A DNA stretch of 64,000 nt from Bugula neritina (GCA_964035545.1 OZ037771.1:2119628-2183627), one strand, 5' to 3'; shown: positions 1 through 14,200, counted from the first letter of the stretch. Numbers and translations: made by a program. The notes: generated from the sequence alone by a model not told the origin.

Positions 1-1225
1 TGAAATTTTTTTGTAAAAACACTAATTAAAAAAATATAAAATTAAAACATTCTAAAATGACGTGACTAGCTGGAATTGTGGTAGCAGTTAACTATATAGC
101 ATGAGAAATTGTCTGTCCATAACGTTCTAGCTCAAAATTTCAAACCAACAATCTTTTGTTTGTAACTTTACAGGAAAGAAGCTATAGCTAATTCTTAGCT
201 CCTAGTGCGATCTATTAACCCTTTTTCAGCTCCTAAATATCTTGACTTATTGCTGAATAAAGTTTTACTTTACTTAAATAATAATGTACAGCTCCCAGTA
301 ATTAATAGTTTTTACTATGATTACTAGATTACCGTGAACATTCTTGCCGTTATTGTCAATCTACTTGTATTCAAAATGTAAAACATTTACTCCGTGAAAA
401 CGAAACTCGCAGCTTTTATTAGATTTAGAAAACAAGAGTTGAAATAATTTGAATAAGCAATCAACTTACATGCTATAGCAGAGAACAATAACACCTAAAT
501 ATGAACTGAGATTCCTCAAAATCAACATGTAATCTCTCTACTAGCTAGATCTCTGCATATGTCTGCTATATACACCTGTTGCTAGATGTCAAATTATAGC
601 CATCTAGTAACGAAAATAGCTCACCCCAGAGAATGGACAGCTTTTCTTGTTATGTTTTTATATGAATCTATGAACTTCCCTTGCACTATATCACCATACA
701 ACTCTTGTTCATATTCCAAGAGTTCTTGTGCCCAGTTTAAGTTCCCTGCAACAGATTTTAGACAGTTTAAATACAATCTACATTTTAGAAAACTCAGTTA
801 CTAGAAATATTTGTATCTAGAAAAAACTAGTAAACATGTTATATATTCACTATTGCTAAAAAAGATAAATGGTAGACTACTGTTGGTGTTTGATAACTAC
901 AATTACACCTAAACTATTTTTTACCTTTTACTATGTCAATTATTATTGTTTTTATTTCATATTTTAAAAGAAAATATATATGTAACTTTGGCAAACCTTA
1001 TCATATTCAGCCAATTTACAATAAAGTGGTAAACTAATAGGTTTTGAAATAGCAACATGGGGTTATGAAAGTTTCTAAAAAGCTTTGGACTTCAAGCAAT
1101 AACAAAGGTTTTAGCTGATTTAGCATATGGTTGGGTTCGTAAAATGATAAGATTCTAATATATGTTTGAGTGTTGCTTCGTCTTGTTGGAATCCAAGGTT
1201 TTGGATGTTTAAGATTAAATAAAAC

Positions 1226-1440
1226 TTACGCAAGTTTATAGTCGCTATTTTTGTGAGAAACCCCTAATGGAAATTGTTTTTGTTAAAGCAGGCTAAGGAC
1301 TTATTTAAATGAGGCACAGGAGCAATTATGACTGGATGCTCTTCCTAACATCACCAATGGCCTTTTTTCGGGCTCGAACCTATGACCTCGTGTTTACTAG
1401 GCACACGCATGCTCTAACCCCTAGACCACGGCTGCTCCCT
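1226..1440 (-). mobile_element. tRNA-derived SINE, copy 1
   Basis: Minus strand begins GGGAGCAGCCGTGGTCTAGGGGTTAG (A box) ... GGTTCGAGCCC (B box). The body contains AGGAAGAGCATCCAGTCATAATTGCTCC. It aligns with the copies at 3425-3622 and 13985-14143. Confidence 0.85.
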
Positions 1441-3424
1441 GTGTTTAAGATTAGATGCTTAAATTTATTTCCTACACCAATAAAATAGTGAAAAAGTAAT
1501 TTGTATTCTTAACTAAAAAAATAATTTATACAAATTTACAAAAATTACCAGTAGAGTTAGCTGCAGGCTGTGGAAGACCAACAAAGAAGACTAGTTTAAT
1601 ATTATAAAGATTATTCTGTTGGTGCTTTGGGTCACCCCAGGTCAATCTGATTGCATTTCTTCTTCTGGTATTCTGTAGAAAGTAACAGGTTTTACCAGAA
1701 ATAAAAAATATCAGCAAATCTTGTTTTTGCTATTATTTTCATGAGTATTAGGTATTATAGAAATCTTTGGCTGAAAAATGAACTAGAGCACTTCAAACTT
1801 AATGTAAACCATTTTCAACTAATAAAAAACCCGTAACTCATATGCAAACATGCAGTGTACAGGTCTAAACATTATCTATTGCTAAGCTTCTACTAAATAA
1901 TCACTAACAGGCTCAAAATGATATATTATGTAACAGTAAGTTTATAAATTTCAATTTCACAGCTTTTTGAATTGTAGATACATATTATATGACCTAATAG
2001 TTGATGACCTAATTATTTTAGCATAAATATAAAAATTAAGCATTATTTTGTTACAAACAAGTTTTGCATTAACATTCAGCAACAAGTAGATTTAAATTAT
2101 ATTTGCCTTACACTAATTGACGAGTGGATCCAGATCAACAAATCTGGGGGGTCTACCGTACAAGGTTTTTTAGGGGTTGTTTGAAACTGAGGCTCAGGTT
2201 GGTTTGCATTTATACAGAGATGGAGGCATGTTATAATTATAATCAATCTGTACATTATAGTATCAACTTGTGATCTTTTCTCTCTACCTCAATCACCTAA
2301 AATATCATCAAATTGAATTAATAACTCAATAACCAAAAACTGTTAACTTCTAGATTAAAGGCAAAGTTTAACAGCTAACAATATGAGTGAGTTTTAAATT
2401 TTATTATGAAATACCAAAAAGCACAATGCTTGTGAGGAAAAAGCTTTAATACCGAGTACAAATTTTATGCCATTGGCAAAAGATTATCATTAAGCACACT
2501 CTTTTTCACAATTACTTTGCCTCTCCCAGTTTTACTTTAAACATTCAAGCATCCATTAATTATAATTGGTATTTCTTACTTCAAAAAATACAAAATATTA
2601 GACAATTCCTGCAACCAGAGCAGTAAACAAATGTGCACAATTTCTTGAAAAAATGAAACAAAGTGAAAAGTTGTAAAGTAGCAGTTCGAAAATAGTAGAT
2701 AATAATAGTGAATGATAGATAATATTTCATTATAACAAACTATAATCTTCTCATACTATGGTTAATCCCATGGACATTCCCTACAGCTACCGATTGCGAG
2801 TATTAATATCCTTATCATGCATTGAACTTTATGATCCTCATTTAAAGTTATTTTTTCTTATGTAGCCAAAATATTGAAACGGATACTCAGTTTGAAGAGT
2901 AGAAATCAACTTACCAAATAACTTGGAATAAATAACTTAGGTAGACATACTAACCTAATCTGCCCGTCCCATCTAAGACAGTGCTCATATTTTTCTCTTT
3001 AAAACTCTCATTAGGCAATACTTATGAAACTAATTATTAATATGACAGCTAAGGCTACTTTGGTGCAATTACTATCTTTGCTATCCATATTTATTGTTTT
3101 GTGTTGAATGACACGGGATGAGTTTCATTGATGCATTGATAAGAATCACGCTTGGATAATCGCGTTACAATATTGAAATGAATTACTACAACTATAGCCT
3201 TCAATACGGTTTTTATCAGATATGTATTAGAAGCTTCTGATTGGACAATTTGCAACAATATAGCATACATTTTATAACACCAGCAGATTTTATTCTATTC
3301 TATAACACAAAGAAAATATTTCAAACTAAATATTATATAGTCTATCATATTTATAAAAACTCAATTTGTTATATCATGCAACATACACCAGCTGATAATA
3401 ATGCATTCTATATTATGTATATAA

Positions 3425-3622
3425 CTCACGAAAGTTTATAGTCGCTATCTCTGTGAGAAACCCTGATGGAAAAAGTTTTTGTTAGAACTGGCTAAGGACT
3501 TGTTCAGATGCGCAGGAGCAATTGACATCACCAACGACTTTTGCCGGGTTCGAACCCATGGTCGACCTATGACTTCATGTTCACAAAGCAACGCTTTAAT
3601 CCCTAGACTACTGCTGCTCCCT
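3425..3622 (-). mobile_element. tRNA-derived SINE, copy 2
   Basis: Collinear with copy 1 (AGTTTATAGTCGCTAT, GGCTAAGGACTT, CAGGAGCAATT, GGTTCGAACCC, CCCTAGAC...GCTGCTCCCT), with an internal deletion. Confidence 0.85.
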
Positions 3623-4707
3623 TCTATATTATATATAACAATTGATATTATTATTGTAACTTTGATAGTTGTCTTACCTTGTGATACCCCTTCTCTCCTA
3701 TTGTCATATCAAGTATTTCAGTTGAGTCAATGATTGCATGCCCTGTACGACATATGCTTCCCCTGACATTGCCAATGTTCCTGTCAAGATTTGAGCTTAT
3801 GAGCTGCATGATCCTGTGCCCACTAAGCCATAGTTCTACTCATAGACTACCACAGGTCCTTTGTGTCAATTGAGTATATATACCATTCGCATTTTTCTGG
3901 CGAAATCATAACTTTGATAATATCTTTTTTTATAAAACCTCAAATTTGAAGAATACTCGTCACTATCAACTGCAGCGTATTTGGTCATAATTTATGTTGT
4001 GTATAAAATGTTATTTGGCTGTAAATAATAGCAAGTTACGCAAAGTATTTTAGAAGTTTTTTGCGTAAGGAAGCTATTATAAACGTGATAAATATTATAA
4101 ATGATACAGTAAACACATTATTTTTATATTCATATTTTATTCATATTTAGAATTAAAGTTGAAATGACCGGTTTATATAATAAGCTGTGTGGCACCTTTA
4201 CCAAGCATCCCAGCTTTTGCAGAAACAGAAATGACATGGAAAGCTGTATTGCTAATTGTACTTTTCATTATAATATTATAATGTAGGTATTGCTACTACT
4301 AAAAAGACTAAAGTTTAAAAACCTGATGGAGAAATAAAGTAGGCTATAGTGCATAGATTTTCTTTCATTATATGCCTTTTAATCTTGTAGTTGAATGAAA
4401 ATTGCCTGATGAGGAAATCAGTATATTATTGTATGGAATTATAGATTTCAATTTCCATATTATCAAAAGTTTTCTGATGTTGCTTCATCGGTTTACCCAA
4501 TAGCAGGTTAAACTTTTCTTTGGTTTACTTTTCATCTAAACATTTAGGCTGAAAACTAATTACCAATCAGATGGGACATTGACGTTATATTCTGCAATAT
4601 TTCTGATCAGCCAGCAATAAATGCATTAACCAATAAGCAATAAACAAGTTTCCTAGTTTATTCGCTTTTAGTGACAGTTCAGCTGCCTTTCTCCGCTACT
4701 GGACAAA

Positions 4708-7564
4708 ATGGTAGCTTGGTGGTTGGTTCTGCTGCTGGTTCCTAACATCTTGAGTGGCAACTGGTATTCCTTATACCAGATAAGGACAGACAAAGAGCAC
4801 ATTCCTCTGAGTAAAGGCTTTCTTTTACACGTAGCAGGTGAATATTATACCTTTTCTGTAACAGTTTATATGGGATATATTTGCTGATAGCTACCTGCAG
4901 TCAAACATAACCATAAGCACTGCCTCCATGACTTCTAGTAAATGGATGCTCTTGGATGAATTTGTGGTTGTGGTTTGTATTAACTAATGGTTGTGGTTTC
5001 AGTCTATGCAAATTTGTTCTAACATCGAACTAAAATTCTAATGCAAACTTGGAAAAATATTATGTGAACTTATTACTTTTAGTGCATCTGTTATGCATTT
5101 AGGTGCAATAGTGGAAAATAAATAATTGATATAACACAGTTTTTTTAATTTCTTGATAAATTTTGGTTTTGGGGCTTTAGTTAAACTTTTGCAAGAACAT
5201 AATTTCTTTTGCTAAATTTCGAATCTAGAACACAGTTGTTTGGATTTCTTTATTACTGCATTTAACTTCAATATAGTGTTTTAGCAAATTTATTCAACTG
5301 TTTCAGAAGGATGCACTGGGCTTTTAGAATGCGTGGCAGTAAGTAGCAGGTTCCGTGAAAGATATCAATTTGGTGTCTTCAATCTTGAGAATAGCAGCTG
5401 CCAAATATACGCCGGCAGCAACAGCACGGATGGTGATGGAGGTAACAGTGTGGCTGCAAATAACGTAACTAAGCAAGCAGATAGTCAGCTGGTTCTGTTC
5501 TTTAACCACCTCATCTATGCTGCTAGTCCTTCAGTTACTGAAATTACCACTTCAACTTCTGAAACCACCACCTCAACTTCTGAAACCACCACCTCAACTG
5601 CTGACACCACCATCTCAACTGCTGACACCACCATCTCAACTGCTCAAATTACCACCTCAACTGCTGAAATTACCTCCTCAACTGCTGAAATTATCACCTC
5701 AACTGCTGAGCTTGTGACAAGACCTGATAAAAATTATAAGCCAGGTAAGCAAAGTATAATAACAAGAGTGTAATGTGTACATGCATGTAGTCAGTTGATA
5801 GCTTATATAACTAATTAACTGTGTTGCTATTGCAGAGTTGTGTGAAACGAAAGAATGTGACTACACATGTGACGACAGTGACCAATGCGTTTGCTTTCCA
5901 AAACAGAATCTCATTTACCCATTGGAGCTTACCTGTTTTGGTTAGTGCTCGACCACAATTACTCTTATATAGCTTATTAAAATCAAAATAAAGAACATTA
6001 GAACATAAATTGCCAATTAGATTTCTTTAGATTTTATGCTACAAAACCTATGTGATTAGAGCAAACTAAGATACTAAGAATCTAACACAGTTTCTCAAAC
6101 ATGTTAGTTTAACAAGCTTCTGTTATGCATCTAAAGTATAAACTCATAATTTGTAGCTGGCAGATTTTAGGTTTCACTGTAGCATTTAAAGTTGAACAAC
6201 TGTTTGCATACTTGAAGGAATTATTTCTTAAAACTAGAATTTTTTTCTCTTTGTGCATATTTATATAGTAGATATAGTATTTTTTTCTCCTGGCTATAGA
6301 AGCTCTGTAATGCATGCTAGCAATATAATTATCGTGTGTGCAAATATTGTATGACTAAGACATTGCCCTGACAACTATAATATAATTCGTATAGACAGCT
6401 GCCCATACTGCTCCATGGAAGATCTGAATGGGAAGAGATTATCTACTGTAACAGCCGGTTGGATTCAGTCGGAAGGATATCCATACGAATATTCTAAATA
6501 TTCAAACTCTGTACTTTACATTAAATTGCAGCTTGGAGACCCCTGGACTAGCATTAAAACCAGCTTTTACCATTTTGAAGTGAGTAAAATAATATGGGCT
6601 TTATATTGAAATACAAGTTGCATTTCTTGCTGAGTTGGCTGGGAAAAAATAGAATTTGTGATCCTTGAAAATTTCTGTTTTTTCATAGTTCTTAAAAACA
6701 CTATTTTTTTAAATTTGAAGGAAACTGAGTCTGTAATTTTTTAGTATAAATGAATAACCATTCAAATTTTTAGTTCAATTAACCAGTATACATGCTAACA
6801 TATTGCAAAGTATATAATATAGCTAGGAGTTTAAGCTTTTAATTTATTTGTTATAATAAACTTGTGCTTATAATCATACTTTGTACAAAAAACTTGTTTT
6901 TTAAATTCATCTTTGAGTTATTCCTCAACTTTTGCCCTATAAACTATGCTAAAGACAAAGCTTGAGAAAACTTGTAATTCTGTAAAATTAGAATTATGCG
7001 ATTAGAATGCCTTTTTTCACTGTAGCTGCTTGATCAATCAACATGTATCATGCCAGGCTATAAATCATCAGGTGTCAGTCATAAAGTGTCAGCCATAAGG
7101 TGTCAACCATAAGGTGTAAATTATTAGGTGTCAACTACTTTCTATCATTATAGTATCATTCAGAAACATATAGTGCCTAATAAACATTAAAGTGTTTGAA
7201 CCTGAAGTCATGCAGTTAGGAAAATAATTGCATTTGAATAAAACAGTATAACTAATTAAAGCAATATTAGACTAACACAGATTTGGAGACAGAGCATGCA
7301 ATCTTTTATAGGCCCTACCCAGTTTTTATTTTTTTGTAGGTTGAGTCTTGCAATGAAGGACCAAATGGAAAGTGGGGAAAACTTGCAATCAACGAGTGTG
7401 TATTTGATTATCTCCAGATTGAAGACACAAAGTATTGTGGAATAATTAAAAGTGGTTTGCCCTACAGTGTTGAAAACAACGTACTTGACAATTTGGTTAG
7501 AATACATTTCCATTCCGATAGGACCTGTCACGGGAAATTTTTGTTTCATTTTCAATTAGTGTAA
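4708..7564 (+). CDS. Secreted modular protein: signal peptide, PAN/apple-like region, Thr/Ser mucin-like stalk, EGF-like domain, CUB domain (5 exons)
   Basis: Phase-compatible GT-AG exons 4708-4837 (MVAWWLVLLLVPNILSG...), 5307-5744 (CTGLLEC...SSCQIY, then T-rich 7-aa repeats), 5836-5940 (CETKECDYTCDDSDQCVC...C, EGF-like), 6395-6579 and 7340-7564 (GWIQSEGYPYEY...FEVE...CVFDYLQI...YCG...VRIHFHSD...GKFLFHF, CUB). The PAN call is the weakest part. Confidence 0.75.
5535..5710 (+). repeat. Coding 21-bp tandem repeat (about 8 units) encoding a Thr-rich stalk
   Basis: Units like ACTGCTGAAATTACCACCTCA, translating as TSETTTS/TADTTIS/TAEITSS. Confidence 0.9.
7065..7135. repeat. Short tandem repeat, about 14-bp unit (CATAAGGTGTCAGC)
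   Basis: About 5 degenerate copies in intron 4 of the CUB gene. Confidence 0.75.
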
Positions 7565-9051
7565 AGCTAAAGGGGGAAAGCAGCTTCTCTCTCTTTGCTT
7601 ATAGTTTCAGGTAAAAAAAATTTAAGCTCAACATTGTAAGCCATGTTTTTTTAATGTGAGTATGTTGTATTAAAAGTTACAAAATTTAACCAACTTACCC
7701 AGCAGCTGTAATTATTCTACCCTACATACTTTTAACCTATTAAATTTTCAGCTGCTAAAATATATAGTTTGCATGAAGCAATATGCTGAAGCTAGCAAAT
7801 TATACAAAGAAACAAGAGATATATTAAATTGTTCATCATTGTAAAAAAAGTTTGATTAGTAATTGGTTATTCATTTTTGCAGAAAAAAGAGTTTTAAAAT
7901 TTTATAATTGATGCATGTACTAGTATTTTTTCAAATATTCACAGAATTTTGATTTTTATGTTTTGTTGTTTTCTGGTGTTCATAAAATACTTATTTTTAT
8001 ATTAATGAAATAATGCCGATATGTGCTTTCATGGTCACAATGTTTCTAATTCTAATTGTTGCAATAAATATAAACTATCGCTTTTGTTAACTGGCTGTGT
8101 AAAAATCATGTTTGAAAACCTGGCTCCACAATTGTTCTCTTTTTCTCTGCTAAGTTCCCATAACATTCACTGTTACTAAATTACTCAATTTGATTTATAT
8201 GAATTTGTGGCTTAATTATACCTTCGATTAGATTATATGGATTACTTTATATAGAATAGATCTCTAAGCTCTATGCTCACCAGCTAAAACCATATGACCC
8301 AGCTGTGAACACCAAATCCTTCCAGGCTCCAGAGTTTCATGTCAGATTTTATAGTATCTCTTCATCTCTGTCAAATCCCACCTTTTTCTGATAGTTTACC
8401 ATAGGTTACAGGTGAAAGAGCTCTTTATTTTCTTTTGCTCTGCAAACATACCTGTACCCATGCAAGCATGTTTAGGCCATGTATGCACTAAAGATATTAT
8501 AAGATCAATATGCTGGAGCATACTACCTCTAGGTTGTAGTTTGCCAATGCGAAGATACATGTGAATAATTTCTTACCACTATCTTTAACAATTACATCTA
8601 AAACTATAATTTTCTCCAGGCACCAGCACTTGGATTTTTTGCAGACAGTGAAGTTTGCAATAAAGGAACTCTCCTTGGTTAAGTGCAATCCAACACTTTC
8701 CATTTCCCTCTTACTGAAATTTTCTCATACTCTCAATTCTACTTTGATACATTCATCTGTTATGTGACAAAGATACTTTGCATTTGAATAAAACGAAACA
8801 CTCAAACTTTATATTCCACTCACTTTTTGTTGCATAAATATGAATCAAGTCATCAGGTATTCTTCAGTATCAATTGGAAAGAGACAGAAACCTATTATTA
8901 GGTCATAAATGACTTCAAGGGTTATAAAAAAGTTCTGAAGTAGTAATAAACAGAACCAACTTTAGCATAAAAGCGTGGCACAGTAACAGCTGGTTCATCC
9001 GCTCATCACACTGTCTAAGAAGAAACCACAGTTCTAACTTTTCTCAGAAGA

Positions 9052-10592
9052 ATGAAGTCTCTTAGTAAGTCAATTTATTTTTATAAAGAGTTATCTAACT
9101 TTCATGAGATAGTTGCTTGAAGCATAAGCATGTTGAAAACAGAATATCATAGACTTATGTTACAGTGTATGTTGTAGTCAGCTTTTGTGCATAAGCTATG
9201 TGCAAAGTATTTTCCTAAGCTATTGTTATTGTTAACTTTTTCTGCTTGTCAGTAGACATTGTTTTATAATAAATTTTGTGCAAACATATTTTGAATTAAA
9301 CTGGGACTTGGCCATTGACAATATTAGAAATCCCAAATTAATTCAAGACATGCTTACGCAGAATTTATTATAAAACAAAATTGTTTGAACATACAACCTT
9401 CAAACAGTCTTTTATAGACATTGGAGCACAAAAAACTGCTTGTTTTTGTGCTCCAATGGTTGACTTATTGATCTATACCTATATATGAATTGTGTACGCA
9501 CTCACTGTGTACGGCAACTGTTTTAGGGTTTGTCCCCTCATTAGCATGGAGTATTATGGCCCAACCATAATTAGTAGCTCATTGCTTCAATTATTGTTAT
9601 AACTTAATGGGAAATGACATATAATACTTTAAAACTGCCATATATTTTACAAGCTTCAATTATGACATATCTAAACAATATTGCTGAAGCAATCTGTTTC
9701 TTAGCATCAAGATTTGTGAATGGACAATTATTAAGCTACTTATAAATTTTTGTTGATTTGTGTAATTTGAAATTATTGCAATTTATCACTTTTCTTTTCT
9801 TTTAGTTAAAACTATGTAGTAAGTGATACAATAAAAGTCAACTTTGTAAATCACAAGTTTCGGAAAATATTTAGCTAAACCCTGTAATGTAAAAGTAGCG
9901 TGGGAAGTTTGATTTTAGTTAATTCTCTTTTTTCCTCTTTTTGCAGTGTTTTTGATGTCACTGATGGTAGTTGTTGCCATGACAACTGCAGATAAAGGGA
10001 AAGACTGTACAACACCTTGCCCCATGGACTACAACCCAGTGTGTGCTTCAGATGGGCAAACCTACGGTAACTATACTCTGTATTTAATTAAAACTTAAAT
10101 CTAGCCGTACGCAAAAACATAATCTAACTTGAGGAAGGTAGCAAATATATTTTCAATTTAAAAGATAGCATAAAACATTCTATATCTAGTCAATATAAGG
10201 CACTTGATAAATACATGTATTAACCAAATGTATTCATGACAAAATGGTGGTAAGCATACAAAAGCTAGTTCTTAGAGTGATAGCTTACCTGCTGTTACGT
10301 GCAGACAGCAACTTATGATGTCTACATGCAAATTAGGTGTTTTATTAAGCAACAATACTGAATAATAATAGCATTATTATTGATAACGATAATTCTTTTT
10401 ATTGTTAAGCATTATTTATACTAGTTATAATTATCATTAAATATGCTTTGAAGTAATTTTATATAGTTTCATATATTACGACTCACATGTATGTTTTGTT
10501 TATTAGGGAACAACTGCTCTCTCAGCACAGCCATTTGTGAACAAAATGGTGTCGGAGAAATCTTAAAGTTTGTCCATAACGGAGCATGCTAG
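9052..10592 (+). CDS. Secreted single-domain Kazal-type serine protease inhibitor (3 exons), P1 = Met
   Basis: Exons 9052-9064, 9947-10066 and 10507-10592 give MKSLMFLMSLMVVVAMTTADKGKDCTTPCPMDYNPVCASDGQTYGNNCSLSTAICEQNGVGEILKFVHNGAC*. This has the six-Cys Kazal pattern and PVCxSDGxTYxN. AATAAA lies at about 10665. Confidence 0.93.
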
Positions 10593-11228
10593 AGAAATGC
10601 TGGTGAAAAACATCCTGAGAAAACAAATATTAACCCCTCTGTTTTTAAATATAAGCTTCAAGTTAATAAAATTAATCAATTGGTTGTTAATTTGGTGTTT
10701 CATTTGATTGCTAATTTTGATTATTTCAAATTTTGAAATTTTATCTTATGAATATTAGGATGTTATAAAACTAAAAATAAAAAAGGTATGACAACCATCT
10801 GCAGTATTTTTACTGTTTTTAATATGTGGAGATTCAGAAAGCAGCCTGAACTAATTACTAGATTGACAAATTAAAAGTTTTAAGGCAATGAATCAGCGTA
10901 ATGGTTCACATGCAAAAATATATTTCATCTCAAAATAGCAACAAAAATTATTTTTAAACCAAACATTGTGAACCTAATATGAACATATTAATATGAACAA
11001 AGACATATTATCTTGTAAAGACTTTCATTGTTTATAAAAAGAAAACTTGGTTAAAAACTATAACAATTTGCAATTTATATAGCAGAGAAAGCCAAATTTG
11101 AAATATCACAGGAAAAAAAACTAAAAGACTGGATCGAAATTTGATATACATCACAGATAAGTGATGACGTTGGGTGATGACGTTAGGTGACAGTGTGCGA
11201 TGTAACAGCCCCAGAAGATACATTAGCT

Positions 11229-14200
11229 TCAACCACCTATAGTTGTAGTAAGATTGTGAAAAGATAAGAGCAGGTTGTCAGTGTTAGTGGCTAAGCATAT
11301 GCAGTAATGCACCATCAGTTCTGAGAGTAGATGTACCTCATCCAACATCTCAATTTTCTCCACTCTAAAAGACAAAAGAAAATCCGTCTATTACAGATAC
11401 CCATTTAAATCAAGGAGTTGATAAATTAGATTCTACAGTCTGAAAGAGCACTCCAAAATATTCTAGCATTAGCCAGTTATTTATAGCATCAGAATCTAAC
11501 TAAAGCTTAAATAAACATTCCATGAGGTTACTAGGAGTTGCCTTACCTTGACCTTTCACTGCTGTCTATTAGTTTATATAAGCTCTCCATGTTCTCCACA
11601 ACAGAAGTTGCCCACCCATTTCTGCTAAACCTGAAGTTAAGAAACAGATTACAATGTATGAGTGTAAAACATTGACTGGAAAAAAATAAAAACCGGTCAA
11701 GGTGAAAGAAAAAAGATGCCTTTCAACTACAATATAAAAAGCCAAACAATATTCTTCTCAAATTTTCTTAATCTACTATGAGTTAAGATATTGTTTAGAA
11801 TGTTCAAAACTATTAGCAGTTGTTACAAGGTCAGCTGACCTGTCCATTTGAGCCTGAGCTGTTGAGCAGTCGTCAGTGTACAGAGTGCAGCGTCTAGACC
11901 CCATGTTACTCTTCATAACTTCTGCAAACCTGTCTGACATGTTTATCTGAAACACAATATAAATAAATTATTAACAGACAGAACCAGTTCAATAAATAAA
12001 TAAACAATTAATTACATGTGCGCACACTCCTGCAAACATAATACATTTGTATATGTATATCTAATGTGATAAAAACAATAATGGCCCTATAAATTATTAT
12101 ATTATATTATTATGATTATTATTATATCTGAAACGTAGTAAGACAACTTAATTGTCAGCTAATGGTATCACACCTATGAGCAAGCGATAACCCGCAGCCG
12201 TATTTACCTCAATGACTTACTAAAATGTAGTTTATATTTAGGTCATTATATTTATAAACATCTCCTTCAACTCAAGTCTCAATTGCTACACAGTTGAAGT
12301 TGTGACACTATAAAATACGAGCTTTAGTTTATACAGACAGGAAATCACTCTTACGACATCATAGCTGATAAAATGAGAGTCGGTAAACGTCTGAGAGAAA
12401 TACGAGAGCAAACCATCGCACTCTCTCTCCGGCATGTACATCAGAACGCACTCGGCTAGAAAAAGTGTTGGCATGCTGAAATCCAATCCAACCTGCAACA
12501 AGAAGACAAATCCCATTTAGCAAACATGTGAATATTACACAACCTAGAGGAAATATTTAATTAACTAGGTGAGCATATATTAGATGCAGAAATAGAAACA
12601 AAATAGTAAATACAAGTTTCAGAAGCATCAAGTCACAACTACAACTCTGTTATCCATAAGACAACCTGAACAGGCTAAAAAGTATTTCCAGCTACCAGAT
12701 TTTTCACAAAATAATTAACTAATTATATGAAAAAAGTTGTACACTGGTAAGTAATATTAAGAAGGTGAAAAATATTTTATAAATTTTCAAAAAATGACAT
12801 ATCAATTCATGTTATGCCATATTACACAATACTAGCAAGAGTGGACCTCTGACTTGAAAACCCCATCCAGTCATAGTTGGAGTCACTTGAACAATGCATC
12901 AATAGAGATTAGAGCTAGCAGTAATAGAGTTGTACTATTCCCATTCTAATACACAATTTAGTATGAAATTAATACACCCCCACTCCCCCTCCCCCCCCCC
13001 CCCCCCGTTCTAATATACAATCTAGTAGGAAATTATCACTCCGCCTTCATATATACAATCTAGTAGGAAATGAATACCGATGGTAACTTTAACTGAGTAT
13101 CCAGATTCTGAAGGTTCCTCAGATCAGCTGGTAGAAGTGAATAAGAGGAGCTACAGCAACCAACCTTGGACGGCAGAACTTCTACATCTGTAATTGTAGT
13201 CCATATATATACTATATTCTAAAATCTAAAATCTAAATGATAAAACTATATTCTAATATATATACTAGATTTTAATATATATGCTATATTCTAATATATA
13301 TACTATATTATTCTAATCTATGAACTATCTTCAAAGCCAAAGAATATATTTTAAGGTTTAGACAATATTCCAGCAATAGACAATATCTAATCTAAAGAAT
13401 ATGGTGGGAAACTTAATATTCCACTAAAACCCATGTATTACTGAACGTTTCATTTTTAGCATTATATATGTATATGATATACTTACAATAAAAAAACTGC
13501 TGATATCTTTAATTTTTCTAAGTTCATTTGTATACGAAAAAGCTGCAGCTGTTGCATAACTTCCGTTTCATCACCAAAAGGGTAAATTGGTGACTACATC
13601 ATAGTGTATGTATAATATAGTATGTATAGTATGTACACACTATAACATAAGCTTACCATTGCCAAGTGCCTTTAGGAGTTGCTCTTCCTTGCTATGAATG
13701 ATTGTAGTTTTGATTCTAGTGACAGAAGGGAAATCTACTTCCACATACTTCCGGGGAGACAACCCCGAAGCTGATAAATTCCAGTATAATGTATCGTATC
13801 CAGCACCAACACTCACTATTTGACAGTTTCTACTGTGAGCCTACAACAGCTTGCAAATTGAGAGTCCATAACTTAATTGAGTCAAGCAGAAATTTTGTGG
13901 CACAAGTTTCAGACATACTTGAAGCTACTAAATGTGAATTGTGAACAACCCCAAACCCCCCTCCGCAGCATAAGCTTTTTGTAAGTTAGGTCTAGTGGCT
14001 ACAGCACTGACTTAGTAGACACAAGGTCAGTGGTTCAAATCCTAGTAAAGGTTAGAAAGGACTATTAGTCATAATTGCTCCTTTGCCACAATTGAAAACA
14101 ATTCCTTAGCCTGCTTAAAAAGCTCCAACCATCAGGAGTTCTCGTTATTATATTACAGGTACAACTATAATATCCGTGAAAAAATAAACTAAGCAATAAA

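Noticed and set aside
1360-1440. Possible functional tRNA gene
   Set aside because: The acceptor stem does not close, and the sequence continues into a body shared by dispersed copies, so it is a SINE head.
1-4170. Short ORFs and isolated minus-strand donor-like sites (about 2912 and 3677)
   Set aside because: I could not build a coherent spliced ORF or recognise a domain; ORF 3479-3733 overlaps a SINE.
5535-5710. Possible CRISPR-like array
   Set aside because: There are no unique spacers or cas genes; it is a coding tandem repeat in a eukaryotic exon.
8280-8770. GC-richer intergenic stretch with short ORFs, possibly a decayed retroelement
   Set aside because: There is only a vague VNYQKK..FDR resemblance to a reverse transcriptase motif, interrupted by stops; this cannot be supported without a search.
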